DNA of 64,000 nucleotides. Origin: Octopus sinensis. Lineage: Eukaryota. Both the position numbers and the translations under genes were made by a program. The stretch covers positions 1,922,001 through 1,986,000 of the forward strand of contig NC_043016.1 in the NCBI RefSeq assembly GCF_006345805.1, given 5' to 3'. Position 1 is the stretch's first letter, and each line of letters opens with the position of its first letter. The notes under the pieces were generated by a model. The model had not been told where the DNA came from. It worked only from the letters and a program-made list of their open reading frames with translations, and made no database searches. Positions 52,537-63,990 of the stretch are shown piece by piece.

Positions 52537-53895
52537 ATGGAACAAAACTTACAGGAGAAACCCAAAGTGATTAACTTATCAAAGAAAACTCTATACGTAA
52601 CAAAAATCAATATACTAGCCAAAGGTTTAAAGTTCACCCCAACCCTACGAAGATCTAACCATAATGAAATTAATGACAATATTCTGCAGAAAACTATACC
52701 CGCAGAAGCACTAACTGACTATGACAATGAAGATGAATCACTAGTCAAAAACAGTAGTAATTACCTTCCACATAAGGGTAGGAATAAAACACTGGATGAC
52801 TTCTGCAACCATATCCAAAATTTCCCCTACACATCCATTAAACAAAAAATTAATCCTAACCTCAACAATCTAGAATGGAAAAATCGGACTGAACTACAAA
52901 ACCACAAAGACCTGACAATTAAAGAAGCTGACAAAGGAAGTGCTGTAGTTCTGATGGACACAGAACACTATAAAAAACTAGTACCATCCATACTAGAAAA
53001 CGAGGCCTTCTACGAAAAAGTTATAAACTATAAACAACAAAAAACAATGAAAAATCTTGCATCCTTAATTCTTCTACATGGAAAAGGCCCGAGAGAAAAA
53101 GAAACAGACTACATCACGAACTTCAAATGTAAACCCAGTCTTTTTTACGGCCTCCCTAAAATACACAAAAGCAAGATAATCAATGAAGCCTGCAAACAGT
53201 CACCAGGCAAATGTATAAATATCCAAACGCCAGAAGACTTGACTTTAAGACCCATTGTCGCTGGGCCGGCCTGTGAAACCCACCGCCTAAGCAATTTTCT
53301 AGACATCCTACTGAAACTCTTGCTGAAATACTTCAAAAGTTTCATTAGAGATGATTTAGATATGCTAGAACACCTACCAAAAACGATTAATGAAGAAGCA
53401 GTTTTGGTCACCCTCGATGTTATCAATCTTTACACCAACATCCCCCATGACTATGGAATAAAAGCAAGTAAATTCTGGTTGGAAAAGTACCCCGAAGTCC
53501 TCCCGGAACGCATAAACCAGATCTTTATTATTGAATCCTTAAAATTTATACTTCAGAACAATTATTTCCTATTTGGTGACACATACTATCGTCAGAAATG
53601 CGGAATTGCGATGGGAACGAAAGCAGCTCCTGTTGTTGCGAACCTAATAATGGCTTATTTTGAATTCACCTTATATGAAATATCACTTCAGAAAAATTGT
53701 TACCCATTTTACCTCTACATAAGAGAAAATTGGAAGAGATACCTAGATGACTGCTTTATCATTTGGAAGGAGAATAACGACAAAATTTTGGACTTCAAAT
53801 CAACACTAAATGATATAAATAGTAACATTCATTTCACAATGGAATATAACAAAGAGCAACTTCCATTTTTAGACATCATGATAAAAAAAAGTTAA
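52537..53895 (+). CDS. PLE reverse transcriptase ORF (part of a frameshifted polyprotein spanning about 51657-54800)
   Basis: KEADKGSAVV, FYGLPKIHK, LRPIVAG, DVINLYTNIP, YRQKCGIAMGTKAAP, WKRYLDDCF, LPFLD. Confidence 0.9.
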   Translation: MEQNLQEKPKVINLSKKTLYVTKINILAKGLKFTPTLRRSNHNEINDNILQKTIPAEALTDYDNEDESLVKNSSNYLPHKGRNKTLDDFCNHIQNFPYTSIKQKINPNLNNLEWKNRTELQNHKDLTIKEADKGSAVVLMDTEHYKKLVPSILENEAFYEKVINYKQQKTMKNLASLILLHGKGPREKETDYITNFKCKPSLFYGLPKIHKSKIINEACKQSPGKCINIQTPEDLTLRPIVAGPACETHRLSNFLDILLKLLLKYFKSFIRDDLDMLEHLPKTINEEAVLVTLDVINLYTNIPHDYGIKASKFWLEKYPEVLPERINQIFIIESLKFILQNNYFLFGDTYYRQKCGIAMGTKAAPVVANLIMAYFEFTLYEISLQKNCYPFYLYIRENWKRYLDDCFIIWKENNDKILDFKSTLNDINSNIHFTMEYNKEQLPFLDIMIKKS

Positions 53896-55087
53896 CAATG
53901 AAATCATAACTGACATTTATTATAAACCAACTGATTCAAAACAATATCTTCACTTTAACTCATGCCGCCCGAAACACATCAAAATAAACATCCCTTTCAA
54001 TTTAGCAAAAAGGATTTGCACAATAGTGTCTGATAGAACAACTCGGGACCTTCGTCTTCAAGACCTTAAAATAACGTTTATTGAAAGACAATATCCACCC
54101 CCACTTATCGACGAGGAAATTAAACGTGCCGAACAAGTAGACACAAAAACACTAAGAACAACAAAACATAACACCACACCTCAACTCAAAACATTACTAT
54201 TTATATCAACACACAACCCCAGAAAAAGTTAGGCATTCAACACTATCGTGCAAACTTTTCCTTTACTAACTAGAGATCCAAAAATGAACGACATCCTGAA
54301 AACACACAAACTCATCAAATGCAAAAAACAAGACAAATCGCTAAAGAGATTACTAACAAATGCGAAGCTTTACAAAACAACCACGAAACCAACGGTTGAA
54401 AAATGTGGACGCCAAACTGTGGAACCTGCCCCAACATGCTTGAAGGCTCGGATTTCCTTTTCAAACAAGGACAGAGGTTCACAATTAAGACTAGTTTCAC
54501 TTGTCCCCCTGAGAACCTAATTTATGTAATAACCTGCACGGGTTGCGGACACAACTATATTGGACAAATGAGTATGACCTTGAGAAAGAGAAACACTCTA
54601 CATAAAGAGCAAATCCGTTTCCCGCAATACTGACAAATTTCTCTTAGTGAACACATAGAAAAATGTGCAGGTAACATCAAACCAAATTTCTCTGTCTTCC
54701 CTTTCTACCAGTGCAAAGACGCAATCTCTCAACTAGAACGTTTAAATAAAGAAACTTTTTCCATTAAAAAATACAAAACATCTCTTAATATGCACGCATA
54801 ACCAACTTATATTTTTTTACATATTTCAATTCACGATTACATCACTGTACATACATCCCCTACTAAACAAGGTCTTTGAAACTGTCTGTACACATATATA
54901 ATCCCCACCCATTACCGAAAGCTGGACAGTTATCTCCCTTACCCACAACAATAACAATAATAACGACAACCAATGACCTCCCCTTATTTATCTACTTGTG
55001 AAGTCATTCACTCGTGAATTTCATCACACACAACATGGACAAAATTTCTTCTTAAGAAAAAATATATATTCAAATAAGTAAAACATA

Positions 55088-55122
55088 ATATCATGAATAG
55101 CGATAGCGAAACCGGTCGATAT
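55088..55122 (+). ncRNA. Minimal hammerhead, A3-U8 variant
   Basis: atatc ATGAATA GC gata GC GAAAC CG GTC gatat; predicted cleavage after C55117. Confidence 0.75.
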
Positions 55123-55313
55123 ATTAAACATTATATAAAAACTATGTAAATGTGCGTATTTCCCTCTTTTAATTTCTTATATACATTACAACTCACCACG
55201 AGGGGATAACCGAAATTCCTCTTTCTGTTTCTACTATGTATGGTATGTATGTATGTATGTATGTATGTATGTATGTATGTATGTAGTATCTATCTATCTA
55301 TCTTTCTATATAT

Positions 55314-55363
<50 letters not shown>

Positions 55364-57036
55364 AATACATATATGTTTTCCTCTTGAAATTTCGTTGCTT
55401 CTTGCGTGTACTCTGATTACCAAATCGCATTCTGCGTCAACAACTATTGAGAAGGTTGTAGGAAGCAACGAAAATTCTGGAAGAAAAAGAAATATATATA
55501 TATGGCAAATGAAAGACGGAATATAGAATATACGAGAATGTATTATTAATCAATGACAAATGTTTCGACACATCTGGCATCGATCCCTCAGCCAGTAAGC
55601 TACCAGATGTAAACCATTTGTTATATATATATATAATATGCATGAATTGAATGGAAATAGAACCGGTGAGGCGTAAAGACAAAATGTCTCTCCACAGGCC
55701 TAACAAATCATGCTTCAACACACAAATTCACATAAAGAATCTTGCAAACCAGGTACCAAAACGAAGTATTTTGCATTCGCTATCCTTACGCATTTCTGTG
55801 ATTCCTGTGATGATTTCCGACGCTGTGCTACTTTAGCTGGTTTCATTTTTTGCTTTTCTTTTGAGAGATATTTCTTTCTTATCTCTTATACTTTCAGATT
55901 TGGTTTGCTTTCTTATCTTCCCTACATCACCTCTTGCTCATCACATGGCTTCAAGATGGCATGGTCAGGGACGTGGTAATTTCCCTCTTCCTTCTAGGAT
56001 GCGAGATTAAAATTAGATTAAGTTTAGGGTTAGGATTAGGGCTAGAGTCACGAGATGAAACGCTCTTGGCTTTGGGTAAAAGACAAACAAGAGGATCAAT
56101 TAGTTATGATTTTATTCAACATATTTCTCCTCTCAGATTCACACACTTATTGCCGTGGTCCTTCAGTTTTTCTAAACCATGTAAAAGAACTCGGAAGATT
56201 GGGCCTCCAACCAGGCCTTTCACGATGCCATTAAAGTCATTTCAGCACCACTTCTGCTCTCTCTCTCTCTCTGGTTTGCTCCTGGGGTCAAGGATGCACT
56301 ATCATTTTTTTCTAATAACTTTGTTAAACCTAAAATTTCCATCTATGTAACAACACTGGCATACCTGGCTGCTTTAACACTGTTTCTAACAGCCATTATT
56401 TTCTCTGACTAACGTATTCGTCAGTGTTTCGGTGTTGTTTTCGACGGACGTTATTAACGATGTTGCTATTCTTGTTGTAGTTACGGCTATCGTTTAAAAC
56501 TTTCGTTAAACCGCTCGAAATAATTCCTTTTTCCAATTAAATGTTCATTCAAATGTTCTTTACTTTTCTGTTTGTTACAAACGTTCATTGTATAATTCGT
56601 TTTTGTGGAGTATTTTTGTTTCATGTTCGCGCTGATGTGAACCTTTCGGTTTTTTCTGTGGAAGGTGCGTGCGTGTTTGTGTGTGTGTGTGTATGCGCGT
56701 GCGCGCTATCTTATAGGTATTTACACATCAAAATGTCTGAAGACAAATAAAGACACCTTTTATTATTTTTTTTTAATTTTATTTTTTTATCCCTCTTGGC
56801 AGAAAACTAATTCTGATAGTGAAGTACTAAAACAAAATTCGTTTTCTAAAGCTTGAAATATGGCCTGGGCCGAGGTTATTAATAATTTTGATGATAATAA
56901 TTTTGAATTTTGGCACAAAATCAGCAATTTAGGGGAGGTGATAAATCCATAGCATTAACTCCAGTGCTAACAATTTTGCTATAGAAGTTCACATAGTATA
57001 GGCATAGGAGTGGCTGTGTGGTAAGTAGCTTGCTTA

Positions 57037-58993
57037 CTTCCGGTTACCCAGAATGCAACACTAGTTGGTCTGGACTGTTACAGTGAGAAGATGTGAATTT
57101 CGGCTCCGTGAACAGAAAAAAACAACAACAAAAAATTGTCAATTATGGCTCGCTATAGCAAGCAAAATACTGGGTTATCATCACTGTAACGGTGAATTGA
57201 GAATTTTTGCTTGAAAATTCTTTTTGTAAATTCTAGTGGGCGTATCTCGCCAAAAATGTACAATTTTTCCAAATAAGCCATTCGGATTACCTTTTTGGAG
57301 TATTATACAAAGGATTCCCTGTCTGTGCTATTTGTGAGGTTTTTCTTTTACTTTTCCCTTCTATTTTTTCTTTCTTTCTAAATTTTGGTTCATTCTTTTC
57401 ATTACTTTAATTTCAGTTTCCTCCCCTCCTCTTTTATTTTGTTTTATTTTTTATTCGGTTTAATTTTTTGGCAGACTGTCTTTTGAACTACTTTTGAACT
57501 GTTTTTTGACATGGCAGAGAAGGAACTTAAAAAGAAAAACTCTGTCTTAGAGTGGGAAATTAACCCGCCTAAGCAGTGGTTAAAAGATATGGAGGAGAAG
57601 ACGGTGGTACTTAGAAATTATTCTAAAGTTCTTAATTCCATCACCGTCTTCGCAAAACAAGTCATAAAAAATGAACTTAAAGAATATTTGTCCTCTTTAA
57701 AATATATATCCCGTGGTGTCAAACATGCAACCGCATGGTTGCTGTTTGACAACGGGGAAAAGGCTCGCCAGTTTGCGAGTCAGCCTTTAGAAGGCAAGGA
57801 AATTCTGTTCCTCCCGTCATATTGTGCGAGAAAATTAATACGAGCCTGGGTATGTGGGTTACCCCCAGGTACCGAAGCGGATTGGATTGAAGATACCATC
57901 CGACGGGGACTGGGGGATGGCGGGCCCAGGCTCTTAAATGTAAGGGTATTGCCGGCGGTCGATTGGGAAGGGTCAAAAGCAATTTTGACCCTGTGGACCA
58001 CATCGGCCGCACCAAATCTGGTTTTTCCAGATTTCTTGAAAATGGCTGGCTGCAGGAATCCGGTGATACTTGAGGGACGTCCCCCCAAGTGTCAGTTGTG
58101 CCTGCAGCCAGGCCACATTAAAAGGAACTGCTCCAGGACCATGGTAACGTCCTGGAACAGTCACTAGATGCCACCTTCCCTACCCGGTCAAAGGGAGAGG
58201 TGGATACTTCAGCCTCCTCGACTCAAAAAGGATTAAAAAGGAAGAAGGTGGGCAACAATAGTTGCCTAACGAACGAACCTAAGACTTCGGAAGCGGGGGA
58301 GAGTCTCCGGACAAAGCGGAAGAGCTCCACTCTCCCGAAGTCAGGAAGAAAAGAAAAAAAGAAGGAAGAAGAACGGGTCATCTCACCGGGGAGATGATGT
58401 GCCGACTGCATGTCCCGAAGTTGTGCCACCCACGGTGGAAGAAACCACCCCACCCTTAAAGATGATCAGTTATTTATCCTTTTCTATAAGGGCGGGGAGG
58501 TGGAAAAAATAGAAGAACATAAAGAGACAGTAGATATGCCCTTCACATGGGATCCCGAATGGCCTCCGCAAATAGCTGTGGAGGTCATTAGGTTTCCCTT
58601 GTGGGAAAGGTTTAAAGGATTTGGGAAGGAATGTCGCATATGGCCGGGTGGCCCTTACACGACTTACATGTCCTACATGAGTGAGGCATGGGAAATGGCG
58701 GGATACAGGAACTCAAGCGGCATTGAAGATAATGATGAATATATCGATGGATATATCGATGAGTAGGAGGTGAAAAAGCCTAGTTAGAGGGTTTGAAACC
58801 TCATCTTATTGCATTATTTGTAGTGGTTTATAACCTCAATTGTGTGTTTAAAAAAAACATGTCAAGTAAGAGGTTTTAGTGCCTCCTACTTGTAAGAGGT
58901 TTGAAACCTCATATTGATTTTTTAAAAAAAGAAAATATGTTTTCGAGAAAAATCCAATCGGCGGGTGTTGGGTTTCGTCTCTCATTTATTCAC
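57037..58993 (+). mobile_element. RT-less retroelement encoding only a CCHC ORF1/Gag-like protein, lying between a SINE A head and tail
   Basis: SINE head 57001-57036 and tail 58996-59030 flank it; starts cttccggttacccagaatgc; its 3' end is repeated at 63722-63990. Confidence 0.7.
57511..58766 (+). pseudogene. ORF1/Gag-like protein with zinc knuckle CQLCLQPGHIKRNC, basic linker and unknown C-terminal domain; broken by frameshifts/stops
   Basis: ORFs 57511-58167, 58200-58397 and 58410-58766 appear to be pieces of one ~400-aa frame; CX2CX4HX4C motif. Confidence 0.75.
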
Positions 58994-59619
58994 TTGGTCA
59001 CAGTCAAATGACTGAAACAAGTAAAAGAGTATAGTTAGTAGAGAGGGTTCAGTCTTAAAAGCAGTAATCTTCGTTATACTATTTGGGAGTTGTTAATTAT
59101 TTTTCACTTTATGTCAGGAAGTAAACTTAATTATGGAATGGTATCTATAGTATTAGTTAGCTACCGGGTGACTATATCGCTAAGGCTTCAACAAGTTTTA
59201 ATATGCTGTATTCTAGCGTTGTTTTCGTGTAAGAGAGAAGAAATATGGCAAGAGTTAAATCCACTGTAGTAGTGAACAAAGTGTAATAGCTTCCCACTGA
59301 ACTGTGGAATCTAAAAGACAGCGATATACCTGTAGACATGGCTTTGAGATAAAAATGTGCGCTTAACAATGCTGTCAAAGTTGGTAAAAAAAAAATAAAA
59401 CTAATGAAAACCAACAATAAAACAATAGTAACAAAAATAATGCAATTATCTTCCATATCACTTCGAGAAATATGCCCATAGATCAATGAATTCATAGGTT
59501 TGTAGTATTTTATATTTAATTTCAAATTTCTTACGGAATGCTAAGATTATATGCTTTGCAAATATTGATGATCCAGTTAGTAATTTTAATATGCCTCACG
59601 GATTGAAAGGGGGGAAATA

Positions 59620-59756
59620 GTAATGGCATAAGAAAACACTCTGGTACATGCCATGGAAAAATCCCAATTGCTTTTGTCGTTGGTAATATATGCCAATCTA
59701 CAGAGAAATGAAATCAAGGCAAATCGACCAGACATTGTTATCAAAGACATCGAAGG
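59620..59756 (+). mobile_element. Short R4/Dong-like RLE remnant
   Basis: EIKANRPDIVIKD at 59710. Confidence 0.5.
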
Positions 59757-61508
59757 TTAATCGATTTTAGTATAGTAAGCGAAGAATTTTTAATTAATAT
59801 TATTTCCGAAACGAAGAACAAGAATCTTTGGAATAGGTATCAGTTCTAGTCCTAAAGGTAAGAGATCTCTGAATTAGAAGTTCAGTCCAGCTGACTGGTT
59901 TCTACACTGCTTTTGTTAACGCAATTTCATTCACAAGGATTGGTTTCACTCAAAGCTATTGTAATAGACATTTTCTCATGATAAACAGGAAATAGGATAG
60001 AAATCATGATTGTGAAGCGAACTCCTTAAACATTCGATTCTACCTGTATATTACATATCACAACGTACCATCTTAATAAAGTATAATGCCAAGTCTAATG
60101 TCTTTAGCATTCAGACAACTCTGTCCAATATATTCAGATGTATTTATTCAGATTGTTTTGAATTCATTATGCATTATCTTATAGCTTTGAGATTTCAGTG
60201 ATGTGATTATTGTTTATTTATCGAATGACATTATTATAGGGTAGGTATGAGGGGCCGGATCTGGTCAGTTTGAACATAAAACAAATAGAATATTTGAACT
60301 AGATTTGGTTGGTTTAAGTGCTAAAGGGTCAAATAATGTCGGAAGAAATGTCGTTTGTTTTAAAATAGAAATGATCACGGTTTGAATGCCTTTAGCTATG
60401 TATCTACCAGATACGGTTCGACTTGAGGCTAAGCAACAAGGTAATGAGTGAGAACCTTGTCAGCTCTGAGTTCAAATGTTAGGCCGGGTTGGAAGAAAAC
60501 CCTCAGTAAAACCATTACATTGTGTTCAGTCTTGAATCATGAAAATTAACGAATTCCTCGCTTGTGGCCTACCCCTACGATTCAATGAATGTGAAATACT
60601 TTTCAGTCAGAATACATTATGTGTACGGTCATGGAACTATGTTTTCAGATGGTCCGTTCATAACAACGTTATTCTGAGTTCGATTCTACTACGTGTGAGT
60701 TGGGTTTTTTTTTTACTACAGCCTTGGGCCAATGTACTTTACCGAGCTGTACCTACACTTATTATAACGAAAACAACATGCTTTCGTAGATACGGTAACT
60801 GGATTGCTAACTCACAGATAGAAAGTCTGATTTCATTGCAGACGTTTAATTAATTTCACAGACCGCAGTTCATCACAACAGTCACGAGCAAAAGTAACAG
60901 ATCATTTGGGACTGTTATCTGAGATAAGCCTGCGTTTTATTCAGGGGGACAGAATTTATCTTTTATCCACCTAATTCCCCGCCAGAAATGAATAAAAGTA
61001 GAAAGTATAAATGCATAAGCCTACACTGAGGCTTAAAACAAATATCTACATATTTAATTTAATCCACATTTAACCGAAATTAGTCCAATATGTTGCTTAA
61101 CCCCAGAACATCCTTAGTTCAGCAGAAGATCAAAGCAAGACTATCCCGTTCTTCTTTTCCTTCCTATTAAGATGGAATATATATGCCCTTCCCTTTCTTG
61201 AAAAAAAAGTTAGTAGTACGTTCGTCATCCGGGGGAAAGTTGTTTGCTGCTTCTAACTAGAGGAACTGTTTCAGAGAGGATAGCCCGGTAGTCTGACTGT
61301 ATTATATTGTTGTTGCTATTTAGCATCCAGGTCGTCACAGATTGAACTGACCTATGAACAAAGGCATTGAAGATGTGTTTATACCGCCATTATCTCAAGT
61401 AGAGTGCGCCTATGCTTTTTCTGTTTCTCTATCAAGCCATTAGGGCAAAACATTTAATTGTTATTTCTTGAAAGAGAAGGGAAGAATCTGAAATTACATA
61501 TGCTACTG

Positions 61509-61730
61509 TTACTCTTTTACTCTTTTACTTGTTTCAGTCATTTGACTGTGGCCATGCTGGAGCACCGCCTTTAGTCGAACAAATCGAACCCAGGACTTAT
61601 TCTCTGTAAGCCCGGTTCTTATTCTATCGGTCCCTTTTTGCCAAACCGCTAAGTTACGGGGACGTAAACACACCAGCATCGATTGGCAAGCGATGCTGGA
61701 GGACAAACACAGACACACAAACATATATGC
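61509..61730 (-). mobile_element. SINE A 3' half (5' half at 63520-63655)
   Basis: Reverse-complement match to the family. Confidence 0.85.
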
Positions 61731-61752
61731 ACATTCACACACACACACACAC

Positions 61753-61792
<40 letters not shown>

Positions 61793-61831
61793 TATATAAT
61801 ATATATATTATATATATATATATAATATATA

Positions 61832-61871
<40 letters not shown>

Positions 61872-61894
61872 GTATGTATGTATATATGTATCTA

Positions 61895-63490
61895 TCTATA
61901 TATATATAAAACTGAGAATGTGTGTCTGTCTGTCTGTGTGTTTCCCTAAAACTTGAAAACTACACAACCAATTTCATTCAATTTTACACATGCCTTACTT
62001 AGGGTCCATGTAGTTTCATGGTAAAAAAATGTTCAACTTCTTGCCTAGGGCGAGCCCATAGCAATATCATATCTTCTCCACTATTTCAGTATTACGTGTT
62101 AAAAGTGAAACAAAAACATTTCTCTATTTTATGTCAGATACTTTCACTTTAACAATAAAAATTAGAGATTATAATAACAATTGAATTATATGTAGTAAGT
62201 AATAATTAAAATCAAACTAAAGTATAATATAATCGTAACATAACAAAAGTAAAAATAGCAATTGGTATAAAATTGCATTAATGACTTGAACTTGAATAAG
62301 TGGTTTCACATGAATGGAAATAAATTAAAAATAAAATTAGTGTGCAGAAATGGAATAGTCCAGATGGAGCTGTGCACATATCTTTTACCACGGCTTTTAC
62401 ATTAGATTATCTGCTAATTAGCTAGCATTAAGTATCTATACGAAGTTTGGCTGTATGTAATGTCTGATTTCTCGAACAGCCGCTCCTACTGAGTACTGCT
62501 GTTGGTTTATTTCTTATACATAAAGGACTATAGCTTCAACTGCGTACTGCTTTTTGATTCACCGTAAGGTTTGTTGTTATTATTATTACTGTTTAACTAT
62601 TGTTATCACGATTGTTGGTTCCTCGAAAGGGAAACGTTGTTGTGTTGCATTTGTTAAATAATTTGAAACCGTAACCCTCCCCCTTTGGGAGAAGGAGCTT
62701 TGGTTATTGTTTAAAAATTGAATTGTGTCCCTGTTTGGGGAAACTGACAATATTTTCACCGTTTATACGGAAGCATTTTTGTTAAAATGCCTTCCATAGA
62801 AGAAAGTCCAAAAATGAATTTGGCTGCAGCCGTCGGAGGGCGCGAACTCATTTAAGTTAAAGTGGAAGAAATACAAAACTATTTCGGATTGATCACCGAC
62901 AAAGACGGTGAATCTAGGATAACACCACCAAACGAAATAAAAAATTAAATTAAAGAAAAGACTATTGTCTATAAAGTACACAATGTAGAGAATAAAAAAA
63001 AGATTTGAACACCTGGAGGAAAGCACCATCGAAACGTATCTTGGTGCGACTATGAAGATATCAAGTATCTAACCAGAGGCGGTAAATTCGCCACAAAAGA
63101 AGCAAGGTTCGAGTCAACGGAGCGTGCAAGGGAGTGCTCGACTCGAACCTTGCAGAAATATTTTATTTTTACCTTTATATCTGGGACGTAGGACGTCCCG
63201 GATAAAAATTTAAAATGTCCTCCCAGAAGTAGAGGTAGGCTGGATTGTAGGCACACTTCTATACAAGAGGGAGGCCAAGATACAATTGATCGAAATTGTA
63301 AGAGACGGGCCTACAATTCCAGTCTGTTATATACTTTGTATTGTTATCACTAGCGATATCAAGATAACTTTGTATTTGTATTTTATGTGTAGATGTATAA
63401 ATATAGATGTACTGTAATATGTACACATATATATATACATATATACATGCATTAGCACTATGACCTGGCAACGACGGGTCATAATGCTAA
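61895..63490 (+). mobile_element. Non-autonomous Helitron
   Basis: 5' a|TCTATATATATATAAAACTGAG with (GTCT)n; 3' hairpin attagcactatgacc..ggtcataatgCTAA|t (CTRR end, A|T site). Confidence 0.7.
62787..63310 (+). pseudogene. Divergent homolog of the 57511 ORF1 N-terminal domain, inside the Helitron
   Basis: RITPPNEIKN*IKEKTIVY, IKYLTRGGKFAT and ILFLPLYLGRR..EVGWI align with EINPPKQWLKDMEEKTVVL, LKYISRGVKHAT and ILFLPSYCARK..EADWI. Confidence 0.75.
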
Positions 63491-63721
63491 TATATATATA
63501 TATATATATTATACATATATACGACGGGCTTTCAGTTTCGTCTACCAAATCACTCACAAGGCTTTGGTCGGCCGAGGCTATAGTAGAAATCCCCTGCCCA
63601 AAATGCCACGCAGTGGGACTGAACTCGGAACCATGTGGTCGGTAAGCAACTACTTATTTTCATAAATTTGTCATATAGACAGTACAAAGATTGTGTAGCT
63701 TTGCGGGCTGGACAAACACAT

Positions 63722-63990
63722 TAATGAATGAAAATGAAATAGAATGAATAAATGAGGACGAAACCCAACACCCGCCGATTGGATTTTTTCTCGAAAACAT
63801 ATTTTATTAAAAAAAAATCAATATGAGGTTTCAAACCTCTTACAAGAAGGAGGCACTAAACCTCTTACTTTACATGTTTTTTTTTCCACCATTGAGTTTA
63901 TAACCACTACAAAAAAGCAATAACAATAAGATGAGGTTTCAAACCCTCTACTAGGCTTTTTCACCTCCTACTCATCGATATATCCACGAT
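63722..63990 (-). mobile_element. Second copy of the ORF1-only element 3' end with (TTCA/TTTCA)-like tail
   Basis: Reverse complement of about 58745-58992. Confidence 0.9.

Larger units (their letters stand above)
50532..55231 (+). mobile_element. Penelope-like element (Neptune-like), copy 2, with ~945-bp inverted pLTR arm 50532-51475
   Basis: The left arm is a near-identical reverse complement of 54231-55177; RT, Cys linker KCGR(P)NCGTC and GIY-YIG NLIYVITC..NYIGQ are present. Confidence 0.96.

Noticed and set aside
58787-58910. CRISPR-like repeat-spacer appearance
   Set aside because: Units are 15-16 bp and degenerate, spacers are unequal, no cas genes are present, and the context is a eukaryotic retroelement 3'UTR.
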